DNA from: Candidatus Bathyarchaeia archaeon
GTDB lineage: Archaea; Thermoproteota; Bathyarchaeia; Bathyarchaeales; Bathycorpusculaceae
DNA: 64,000 nt
Direction: 5' to 3'
NCBI GenBank assembly: GCA_049521795.1
Contig: JBEKOM010000003.1
Span: 64,001 to 128,000 of the forward strand
Shown: positions 18,868 through 27,290 of the stretch, in pieces
Layout of the letters: each line of letters begins with the position of its first letter
Position numbering within the stretch: position 1 is the first letter of the stretch
The notes under the pieces: model-generated
The model's input: only the letters and a program-made list of their open reading frames with translations
What the model was told of the DNA's origin: nothing
The model's database searches: none
Made by a program: the position numbers and the translations under genes

Positions 18868-19662
18868 GTGAAAAGTTTGAGCAAAGCATACGAGGCCCTC
18901 AAAATAGAAAGGGAAGAAAACACGCTGTGGATCATACTGAACAGGCCTCAACGCCTAAACACTTTCAACGAAGTTTTGATCGAAGAGCTCTCCGACATGC
19001 TGAACACGGCAGAAGGTGACCCAAGCATCAAATGCGTCGTGATAACGGGCGAAGGCGACCGCGCCTTCAGCGCAGGCGCAGACTTAACCATGATGAAGGG
19101 AACTCCTGTCTACGCTGAAGAATTCTGCAGGAAAGGGCAGAAGACTTTTGGAAAGGTCGAAGAAATGTCCAAACCAGTCATCGCAGCAATAAACGGTTAC
19201 GCTCTCGGCGGTGGCCTCGAGCTTGCATTGGCGTGCGACCTCAGGATAGCAGCCGAACATGCCGAGCTTGGAAACACAGAGATCCTCCGGGGCTTGATCC
19301 CAGGATGGGGTGGAACGCAGAGACTTGTCAGGATAGTGGGTCTAGCGAGGGCTAAGGAAATGGTGATGCTTGGAAACATGATTAAAGCCGATGAAGCTCT
19401 GAAAATAGGTTTAGTGCACGGCGTTGTTCACTACGAGAAGCTCAAGGACGAGGTCAGGGCAATTGCCAAGAAGCTTGCTGATGGACCGCCGATAGCAATG
19501 AAATATGTAAAGCACGCGATGAACTTTGGAACACAGGTGCCTTTGGAAGTTGGGTTAAGGCTGGAGGCAGCACTCATGGCGCTATCAGCCTCAACAGAAG
19601 ATCTCAAGGAAGGTGTAGAAGCTTTCTTCTCCAAGCGAAAGCCCGAGTTTAAAGGCAAATAG
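18868..19662 (+). CDS. Enoyl-CoA hydratase (crotonase)
   Basis: LNRP, FSAGADL, GYALGGGLELALACD, GLIPGWGGTQRL. Confidence 0.93.
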   Translation: MKSLSKAYEALKIEREENTLWIILNRPQRLNTFNEVLIEELSDMLNTAEGDPSIKCVVITGEGDRAFSAGADLTMMKGTPVYAEEFCRKGQKTFGKVEEMSKPVIAAINGYALGGGLELALACDLRIAAEHAELGNTEILRGLIPGWGGTQRLVRIVGLARAKEMVMLGNMIKADEALKIGLVHGVVHYEKLKDEVRAIAKKLADGPPIAMKYVKHAMNFGTQVPLEVGLRLEAALMALSASTEDLKEGVEAFFSKRKPEFKGK

Positions 19663-19713
19663 CTTCAACATCCTTTTTCTTTCACTTAGGCGTCTTGAGT
19701 TAATGAGAAGGGT

Positions 19714-20892
19714 GTGTTTGGCGTGAAAAACGTGGCTGTCATAGGAATTGGCAACTCAAAGTTTGGAGCAAGAAACGATGTGACCATTTCTGAGCTGGCT
19801 TTTGAAGCTGTAAGACCGTCTCTTGAAGACGCAGGCTTAGCTGCGAGTGACATTCAGTTTGTCGCTCTTGGGTCTGTTGGGGCAGGAGCTTGGTATGAAG
19901 AGCTGCTTCCAGCAGTGGTTGTTTCAGAATACTGTGGAATGACAAAGGCAGGGCTCGTGCGATGCGAAGCAGCATGTGCAAGCGGCAGCGCAGCATTCTT
20001 CACGGCGTATTCAGCGATTGCCAGCGGTCAAGCAGACATAGCCATGGCGATGGGCGTCGAGAAGATGCGGGAAATCGACTCCGCAACGGCCATGGAATGG
20101 ATAGGCCGGGCAGGCTACTATCTCTGGGAGTTCCATAACTTCGGAGTAACCTTCCCAGCATATTATGCATTGTATGCAAACGCTCACATGGCCAAGTACG
20201 GAACAACCGAAGAAGACCTGGCGCTCGTAGCCGTGAAAAACCACAAATACGGGTCCATGAACCCAATTGCCCACCTTCAAAACAAAATTACAGTGGACGA
20301 CGTTCTCAACTCAATGGTCATCGCTTCACCCCTAAAGCTCTTCGACTGTTGCCCCTTGACGGATGGGGCGGCAGCGGTTGTTCTTGCGTCTGAAGAAAAA
20401 GTCAAAGAATTGAAAGTTGACACGCCGATATGGGTCGCTGGAATCGGCTATTCTTCAGGAACCGCAAACCTCAGCAAACGATCAAACTTTGTCAGTTTGG
20501 AAGCAAGCGTACTAGCTTCCCAAAGAGCTTACAAAACCGCCGGCATAACACCGGACCAAGTTGACTTCGCAGAAGTGCACGACTGTTTCACCATTGCAGA
20601 ACTCATGGCATATGAGGACATTGGATTCTGTGCGAGAGGCGAAGCAGTAAAATTTTTGCGAGAGGGACAGACCGAAATCGGCGGAAAAATCCCTGTAAAC
20701 ATGGACGGCGGGCTGAAATCGAAGGGACATCCCATCGGCACGACAGGCTGTTCAATGATGTACGAGCTCACAAAACAGTTGAGAGGAGAGGCTGAAAAAG
20801 GCAGGCAGGTGCCCCTCAAAACCAACATCGGCCTTGCACACAACGTAGGCGGAACCGGACACTACTGCTACGTGACTATCCTTCGGAGGTGA
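19714..20892 (+). CDS. Archaeal/SCP-x-type thiolase
   Basis: EAACASG, DCCPLTDGAAA, EVHDCFT, GGLKSKGHPIG, HNVGG. Confidence 0.93.
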   Translation: MFGVKNVAVIGIGNSKFGARNDVTISELAFEAVRPSLEDAGLAASDIQFVALGSVGAGAWYEELLPAVVVSEYCGMTKAGLVRCEAACASGSAAFFTAYSAIASGQADIAMAMGVEKMREIDSATAMEWIGRAGYYLWEFHNFGVTFPAYYALYANAHMAKYGTTEEDLALVAVKNHKYGSMNPIAHLQNKITVDDVLNSMVIASPLKLFDCCPLTDGAAAVVLASEEKVKELKVDTPIWVAGIGYSSGTANLSKRSNFVSLEASVLASQRAYKTAGITPDQVDFAEVHDCFTIAELMAYEDIGFCARGEAVKFLREGQTEIGGKIPVNMDGGLKSKGHPIGTTGCSMMYELTKQLRGEAEKGRQVPLKTNIGLAHNVGGTGHYCYVTILRR

Positions 20893-21335
20893 ACAGAATG
20901 TCCTCAATGCCATCGATAAAATCCAGAGAAATAAAGATTGTCCAAGAGATACCGATAAGCAAGAATCTGAAGTTCTACGAAGGCCTAAAAGAGGGAAAAG
21001 TCTACGGGACCAGATGCAAAGACTGTGGAAAAATCTATTTCCCGCCAAACGTCGACTGTGCTGAATGCTTATCCACGGGTCTAGAGTGGGTTCAGCTTAG
21101 CAGCGAAGCAGAAATTGAAACATTCACGCACGTAGTGGTGAGACCGACCACTTTCCAGCAAAACAAGCCGTACACCGTCGCTATTGGAAGGTTGAAGGAA
21201 GGTGTGAAGGTGCTTGCATGGCTAACGGGATTCAAGCTTTCAGAAGTAAAAGTCGGCATGAAGGCAAAGCTGGTGGCCAAAGTCACACCTGAAGGAAACT
21301 TAACTTACGAGTTTGTGCCCCTTCAACCGAGATAA
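20889..21335 (+). CDS. DUF35 Zn-ribbon/OB-fold thiolase partner
   Basis: CKDCG..FPP..DCAEC followed by OB fold; overlaps thiolase stop. Confidence 0.9.
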   Translation: MNRMSSMPSIKSREIKIVQEIPISKNLKFYEGLKEGKVYGTRCKDCGKIYFPPNVDCAECLSTGLEWVQLSSEAEIETFTHVVVRPTTFQQNKPYTVAIGRLKEGVKVLAWLTGFKLSEVKVGMKAKLVAKVTPEGNLTYEFVPLQPR

Positions 21336-21343
21336 CCGTTGCA

Positions 21344-22174
21344 CTAGAGACTTGCAGCTTCCACGTTTCTTATCCATTCCATTGTCTTGGCTACCAACTC
21401 ATCCTCTTTTCCTTCATAACCGTGATTCGCTCCTTTTATCACTAGGAGCGCTTTAGGATCATGTGCACATGAATAGACCTCTTGGGCCTCATCTAGGCCG
21501 TGTATGTTGTCCGCATCGCCAATGACGATCAGCACAGGCAAATTCTTCAGCTTCTGAATCACCTTACACTCGTCCAGTTTCATGAGTTTTCCACGGACAT
21601 CTCGCAAACGTAGATCTATTCCGAAGACTTCCATTTTGAATACTCGTGAGACGTTGAAAACTCGGTCAAGCTGAGAGAAGAGAAGAAACGCGTAAAGGCC
21701 CATTCTGCCCCTTGTGCGTCTAATGAACTTCTTAACGTTGAAGTCGTGGTTCTTAGGCGGAGACCACAATGCTAGGCCCTTGATTCGCGCGTCGTTCTGG
21801 ACAGCATAGAGCGACACTGCGGCGCCCAGGCTGTGCCCAACGACAAAGATGCTGTTAGGTAAAACTTCTTTTTTCGAGGCCAGATAACTCAAAGCGCATT
21901 TCACGTCCTGCTGCTCTCCCAAACCGTAATCAAACTGCCCACTGCTTTTTCCGACTCCGCGAAAATCAAAATTCAGAGACACAAACCCAGCTTGACAAGC
22001 AACCTCAGCTAGACGAGTGTAGATCCCGAGCTCGTGATAGCCTCGCGCATCCATGAAGTGGCAGACAAGCACAGCGGAGGCCGGGACGCTGGTAGGAATG
22101 TGCAATTGGGCGTACAGCTTTGCGTTTTCACACTCTATCCATGTTTCCTGTGTCTTCACTCGTTTTCCTTCCAC
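21344..22174 (-). CDS. Alpha/beta hydrolase
   Basis: FDFRGVGKS, GHSLG nucleophile, GDAD and GANH triad. Confidence 0.88.
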   Translation of the reverse strand: MEGKRVKTQETWIECENAKLYAQLHIPTSVPASAVLVCHFMDARGYHELGIYTRLAEVACQAGFVSLNFDFRGVGKSSGQFDYGLGEQQDVKCALSYLASKKEVLPNSIFVVGHSLGAAVSLYAVQNDARIKGLALWSPPKNHDFNVKKFIRRTRGRMGLYAFLLFSQLDRVFNVSRVFKMEVFGIDLRLRDVRGKLMKLDECKVIQKLKNLPVLIVIGDADNIHGLDEAQEVYSCAHDPKALLVIKGANHGYEGKEDELVAKTMEWIRNVEAASL

Positions 22175-22451
22175 CGAAAGGATTGTTTCTCTGAACTTAG
22201 GATTATCGCCGATCCAGCCCTTTTTTCCTTTTCTATCTGCGTCTTTGGAAGAGATGAGTGATGAATGAAGATGTTGCAGTTTTGACCTTGATCTATTCTT
22301 GACGAGGTGGCCCGGGGCGAGAGCAGAAGAGAACGGTTCTTTGCTGGCGCGTCATGGTTCTTTTCAGAAGCGAAAGGAAAAAATGTTACAGTGCCAAGCT
22401 ATCTTGGAAAACATTATTACCTCCTGACGTAGCCAATATCCAACAGTAGGG

Positions 22452-24188
22452 TTGGTTATGGCTTCTAAGAAAAAGAAGTCTGCAGAACAACCGGCCAAGC
22501 AGGAACCGGCTGAAAAACCGTGGTTTAAGTTTTGGCCTGAGGGAGTTCGGAAGCACATAGATTTTCCCGAAATTCCGCTTCACGGACTGCTTGAAGAGGC
22601 AGCGGAAAAATTCCCCGAGCACACAGCCATAGTCTATTTCAACAAGTTCATGACTTACCGAGATCTCAAACAATTTTCAGACAGGTTTGCGACCGCGCTG
22701 AACGGTTTAGGCGTGAAGAAGGGCGACAAGGTTGCCATTTTCTTGCCGAACATACCTCAATTCATCATCTCCTATTACGGCATCATAGAAATCGGGGCTA
22801 TCGAGACCGCTATAAGCCCGTTATACAAAGAGCGAGAAGTGGAACATCAGCTGAACGATTCTGAAGCAGAAACAGTAGTAGTCCTAGATGCACTCTACCC
22901 AATATTAGAAAAAGTCCTAGCAAGCACTAAGGTAAAAAGAGTGATTGTAACAAGTTTGAAAGAGTACATGCCTGCCGCCACAGCTTTTCTTGGGTCGCTA
23001 CTAAAGAAGATCCCTTCACACAGGGTTGAACGTGGACCTAATATTTACTTCTTCCAGGAATTGCTGAGCAAGTATGAAGCAAACCCGCCGAAGGTCGACA
23101 TCAATCCGAAGGAGGACATCGCAGCTCTTCAGTACACTGGAGGAACCACCGGCATCGCAAAGGGAGCAATGTTAACTCACATGAACCTTGTCTCGAACGC
23201 AGTCTGCTGCGCTGAGTGGCTTAGGGGAACAAGAAGCGGGGAAACGTTCCTGACCGCGTTGCCTCTTTTTCACATCTACGGAATGACAACGGGCATGAAC
23301 ACTCCGATCTATTTGGCTGGAGAAATGGTCATGCTACTGCGCCCTGACATGGTAAGCACGTTTCAGGCAATCCAGAGGCACAAGGTCACAGTCTTCTGCG
23401 GAGCACCGACGATGTACTCGATGCTGCTTGCTCATCCAGACTTTGAGAAGTATGACTTGAGGTCGGTTCGTTTCTGCATTTCAGGTTCGGCTCCTCTTGC
23501 GCCTGAGGTTCAGAAGAATTGGATGGAAGCGACGGGCGGCGTTCTCGTAGAGGGCTACGGATTAACAGAATCCTCTCCGGTCACGCACTGCAACCCGCTG
23601 GACAGGTCGATGAAAACCGTGAAAGTGGGCTCGATAGGCTTGCCCTGGCCTGATACGGACGCGAAGGTCATGGACATGGAAACTGGAGAGAAGGAGCTCA
23701 CGACGGGTGAGACTGGGGAAGTGGTGGTTAAGGGTCCGCAGGTTATGAAGGGTTACTGGAAAATGGCTGAAGAAACTGCCGCTGTTCTTCGAAACGGATG
23801 GCTCTACACGGGCGACATAGGTAAGATGGATGAAGACGGCTACTTCTACATCACAGACCGCAAGAAAGACCTGATCAAGTACAAGGGTTACAGCGTCTAC
23901 CCGAGAGAGGTTGAAGATGTCATCTATGAGCATCCGGCTGTGAAGCTCTGCGCAGTCGTAGGTAAGTTCGACCCTGTGGCAGGAGAAATCCCGAAAGCCT
24001 TCGTCGTGCTGAAAGAGGGAAAAACGGCAACAGCGGAAGAGATCAAGGAGTTTGTCAACAGCAAAGTGGCACCGTACAAGGCTGTCAGAGAGGTTGAATT
24101 CAGAACCGAGCTACCGATGACCCTCGTTGGCAAAGTGCTCAGAAGAGTGCTTCAAGAAGAGGAAAAGAATAAGCTCGAGAAAACCTGA
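22452..24188 (+). CDS. fadD: Long-chain fatty acid-CoA ligase
   Basis: YTGGTTGIAKG, EGYGLTE, WLYTGD, DRKKD, VGKVLRR. Confidence 0.92.
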   Translation: MVMASKKKKSAEQPAKQEPAEKPWFKFWPEGVRKHIDFPEIPLHGLLEEAAEKFPEHTAIVYFNKFMTYRDLKQFSDRFATALNGLGVKKGDKVAIFLPNIPQFIISYYGIIEIGAIETAISPLYKEREVEHQLNDSEAETVVVLDALYPILEKVLASTKVKRVIVTSLKEYMPAATAFLGSLLKKIPSHRVERGPNIYFFQELLSKYEANPPKVDINPKEDIAALQYTGGTTGIAKGAMLTHMNLVSNAVCCAEWLRGTRSGETFLTALPLFHIYGMTTGMNTPIYLAGEMVMLLRPDMVSTFQAIQRHKVTVFCGAPTMYSMLLAHPDFEKYDLRSVRFCISGSAPLAPEVQKNWMEATGGVLVEGYGLTESSPVTHCNPLDRSMKTVKVGSIGLPWPDTDAKVMDMETGEKELTTGETGEVVVKGPQVMKGYWKMAEETAAVLRNGWLYTGDIGKMDEDGYFYITDRKKDLIKYKGYSVYPREVEDVIYEHPAVKLCAVVGKFDPVAGEIPKAFVVLKEGKTATAEEIKEFVNSKVAPYKAVREVEFRTELPMTLVGKVLRRVLQEEEKNKLEKT

Positions 24189-24211
24189 AAGCCTGTGCTA
24201 CCTCAGTTCTG

Positions 24212-25741
24212 CTATGCTGGTTCGTTGATTTTCTTTCCTGTTTTCTTTGTCCATTCAGCGATGGGCACTGCAAATTGTCTCTCCACTTCCGGTCTGTGAA
24301 TGCTGTTGTACGTGCAGAAGCACCGTATTTTTCCGTCGGGAGTTGCGTAGTGGATGCCGCATTTCTGGACGCGGTCCAGGTCAATGTTCCACACGTCTTG
24401 AAAATGCATTATTCCGATCATGACGATGCGCCGCATCAATTCTCCCAGGGCCTTGTAGCTTCCCTTCGTCACGACATTCCTGATCAAGCCTCTGACAAAG
24501 TCCGATCTGGCCATGGGGAGCAGCTTGAGCATCTTCATCTTGGCCATCGTCTTCTTGCCCTTAGCTCCAGAATAGTAAACGTCCCAGAACACTTCGGCAA
24601 ACTTGTCAACATCCACGTAGTTCATGATAGGCTTGTAAGAGCCGTCTTTGTCTACGACTAGGAATGTTGCTGCTCCGCACATAGGATGCATGGTAAACTC
24701 TGGGTAAAGCTTGTTTTTCACTTGGCCCATTCCCTTTGAGATTGGGACAGGCCAGTTCACCGGTCTCCAGTCGAAACGACCTACTGCACCTTTCGTCTGC
24801 TTCTCAATCTCGTTAATGGTGTCAGGAATCGTTATCCTCATCTTGCGCATTTCTTCTTTTCTAGCTTTTCCTGCCATCGAAACAGGCTGAATGTTGACGC
24901 ACCTGACAACGTCATGGTTCTTGACGGCGAAATCGATGATCTCGCCAATGTCTTGGTCATTCACACCTTTCGCATAAGTAACCACTAGAACAATAGAGTC
25001 TAACCCGATTTTCCGCGCGTTTTCTAAGACCTTTAGTTTTATGGGAATCATGTCACCTCTGGCCCGAGTTTTCTTGTATATGTCTTCTCTTAGTCCGTCA
25101 AACTGAAGGTATAGTGTGCTCAACCCAGCGTCAAGCAACTTCTTGAAATAGTCAACGTCTTCTGCGATGCGGATACCGTTTGTGTTGACCTCAATATGCT
25201 CTATTCCTGCCTGCTGAGCTTCTCGGATCAAGTCGGGCAAGTCATTCCTCAAAGTTGGCTCACCGCCGCTGAACTGCAGAGCGTTACACGCCCAAGGGCT
25301 GTTGGCTCTGAGCAGCTTGATCATGTCCACAATCTGGCCGTACGAAGGCTCATAAACATAGTTTGCTACCCCAACGTAGGCAAAACAGATCGGGCAAGCC
25401 ATGTTGCACCTGTTTGTTACGTCTATTATGCCCAAGATCGTTGGCGTTCTGTGCTGGGGGCAGACACCGCAGTCAAAGGGGCATCCTTTAGCCGTCTTGG
25501 TGTGCGGGTTTTCCAGGCCACCACCCCAGTACCGGGCGTTGTACCAATTGTCATAAAAATACTTGAACAGTTCAGCGTCCCCCCAGTAAACATCCTCAAA
25601 CTTTCCATGCTCAGGACAGGTCTTTTCGAGATAGATGACGCCGCCTTGCTCGTAAATTCTCATAGGAATCCTCTGGAGACACTCTGGACACAAGCTTGTT
25701 GAGATTGTCTCAAACTTCTCAGATCCCTGGGTGTTCGTCAT
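24212..25741 (-). CDS. tes: Tetraether lipid synthase (Tes/GDGT-MAS, MJ0619 family radical SAM)
   Basis: N-terminal SLCPEC...CPEHG, GCPFDCGVCPQH, DVTNRCNMACPICFA, YLQFDG, HPMCG, C-terminal CGIHYATPDG...FCTYN. Confidence 0.87.
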   Translation of the reverse strand: MTNTQGSEKFETISTSLCPECLQRIPMRIYEQGGVIYLEKTCPEHGKFEDVYWGDAELFKYFYDNWYNARYWGGGLENPHTKTAKGCPFDCGVCPQHRTPTILGIIDVTNRCNMACPICFAYVGVANYVYEPSYGQIVDMIKLLRANSPWACNALQFSGGEPTLRNDLPDLIREAQQAGIEHIEVNTNGIRIAEDVDYFKKLLDAGLSTLYLQFDGLREDIYKKTRARGDMIPIKLKVLENARKIGLDSIVLVVTYAKGVNDQDIGEIIDFAVKNHDVVRCVNIQPVSMAGKARKEEMRKMRITIPDTINEIEKQTKGAVGRFDWRPVNWPVPISKGMGQVKNKLYPEFTMHPMCGAATFLVVDKDGSYKPIMNYVDVDKFAEVFWDVYYSGAKGKKTMAKMKMLKLLPMARSDFVRGLIRNVVTKGSYKALGELMRRIVMIGIMHFQDVWNIDLDRVQKCGIHYATPDGKIRCFCTYNSIHRPEVERQFAVPIAEWTKKTGKKINEPA

Positions 25742-25835
25742 GCAGTCTCTCCTTCAGATTTCGTCTATTACGTAAGCATGCAGGCCGTTATAAAGCATGA
25801 AGTAAGCGATCACACACCTAGTGAGAGCCAGCGAA

Positions 25836-27080
25836 CTAGGAAAGAGTCTGAATTGAACCATCGGTATGCGAGGAGCTTTTCTTGGGCTCTTCCAGCTTCA
25901 AATAGAACGGCAAGGCCGTAACAAACAGCAGGGCTGCGACCCCGCACGATACTATCGCGTCGGAATTGGTGGAATTCCAAACATAGCTTCCCGCACTGGG
26001 TCCGACAGTCAAACCGACTCCGTTGAGCGTCTGAGTAATCCCTGAAGCACTTGCCCGTCTATGCTCTGGAACTAGATCCATGAGCCAAGCCGAAATCGCA
26101 GGCGAGCTAATATTTCCCACTGCGCTTATTCCTCCCATTATCAAGGAGAAATCTAGAAGCGATCCGCTGAAACCCAAGAATACGGCCAAAGGCGCACCCA
26201 AGAAACCAAACAAGACGAGAGGCTTTCTTCCAAACTTGTCGGCAAGCTTCCCCCCTGGAAGTTGGACAAGCCCCGTAACAAGGCTGGATGACAACGACAG
26301 GACTAGACCGTACTCGGCAGGAGCAGCCGCAAGCTTGAACAGGAGCATGCCATTCAGCACCGGACTAATGAAGCCATTAAGCAAACCATTCAGAAGATTT
26401 GTTATGCCGAAGATGAAGATCACACGTCTAAAAGGTAAGCTCAGTTTAGAGCTGGCTTTCTCCCCTTCTCCGCCGTTCTTCTCAATTTTCTCCTTCTCGA
26501 CATTTTTTCCTTTCAGAGATGAAGCCAAGAACAAACCGATGATGCTGACGAGCGCCGCAACAACGAAGGGCGTCTGCAACGTCAAAAATTGGGCTGTGAA
26601 TCCAGCCAGCAATGGTCCAGCTATTCCGGCTGACACCCAGGAAAGGTTGAACACGCCATACGCCATCCCTCTGGAAGACTGTTCACTGCAGTCGGCAACC
26701 AAGGCCGAAATGGCCGGACTGGAGAGCCCGACCGCAAAACATTCGACAAGATTGGCGAGGAACAAGAAGTACAGGCTCGGGGCAACAGCAAACATTCCGC
26801 ATCCAGCGGCCAGAACTCCGAAGGAAATGAGTACAACCCTCCTCTTGCCCAAGGAATCTGCTGCAAAGCCTCCGAGAAAATATCCCACAGTGGTCGCCGC
26901 AAACCCAAGCGAAAGCATTAAGCCCAAAGCTTCCACGGTTGCAGCTTCAGCACCTCCCACAAACAATTTCGTCAAATAGGCTTTCGGTGTAGGAATGAGG
27001 TTGACGGAAAAAGTGAACATAAAGTTCACAGTCCACAAAACCAGAAAGACTCTGGATCTGTAGTCAAAACCGCTCTTCAA
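25836..27080 (-). CDS. MFS transporter
   Basis: About 12 TM; GFAADSLGKRR and GKLADKFGRKP motifs. Start placed at TTG 27080 (ORF track 27203). Confidence 0.88.
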   Translation of the reverse strand: MKSGFDYRSRVFLVLWTVNFMFTFSVNLIPTPKAYLTKLFVGGAEAATVEALGLMLSLGFAATTVGYFLGGFAADSLGKRRVVLISFGVLAAGCGMFAVAPSLYFLFLANLVECFAVGLSSPAISALVADCSEQSSRGMAYGVFNLSWVSAGIAGPLLAGFTAQFLTLQTPFVVAALVSIIGLFLASSLKGKNVEKEKIEKNGGEGEKASSKLSLPFRRVIFIFGITNLLNGLLNGFISPVLNGMLLFKLAAAPAEYGLVLSLSSSLVTGLVQLPGGKLADKFGRKPLVLFGFLGAPLAVFLGFSGSLLDFSLIMGGISAVGNISSPAISAWLMDLVPEHRRASASGITQTLNGVGLTVGPSAGSYVWNSTNSDAIVSCGVAALLFVTALPFYLKLEEPKKSSSHTDGSIQTLS

Positions 27081-27290
27081 GCCATTTGTGCTCCTACGAT
27101 ATTTTTCACAGTCTCTTTCGCTTTGGCAACGAACCCAAATCCATTTTCGTACTAGAGTTTTTGCGTTGCATTGAACGATTTTAGTCTTAAAAGGGAAACT
27201 CACACTGCGTACTCACAACTTGTTATTGCGGGCATTTCCTCAAAATGTATATGAATGCTAGTTCGCAGTAGACTGAAGAGATGAGCCAGA

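Noticed and set aside
26080-26979. 299-aa plus-strand ORF
   Set aside because: Antisense shadow of the MFS transporter gene; no motifs.
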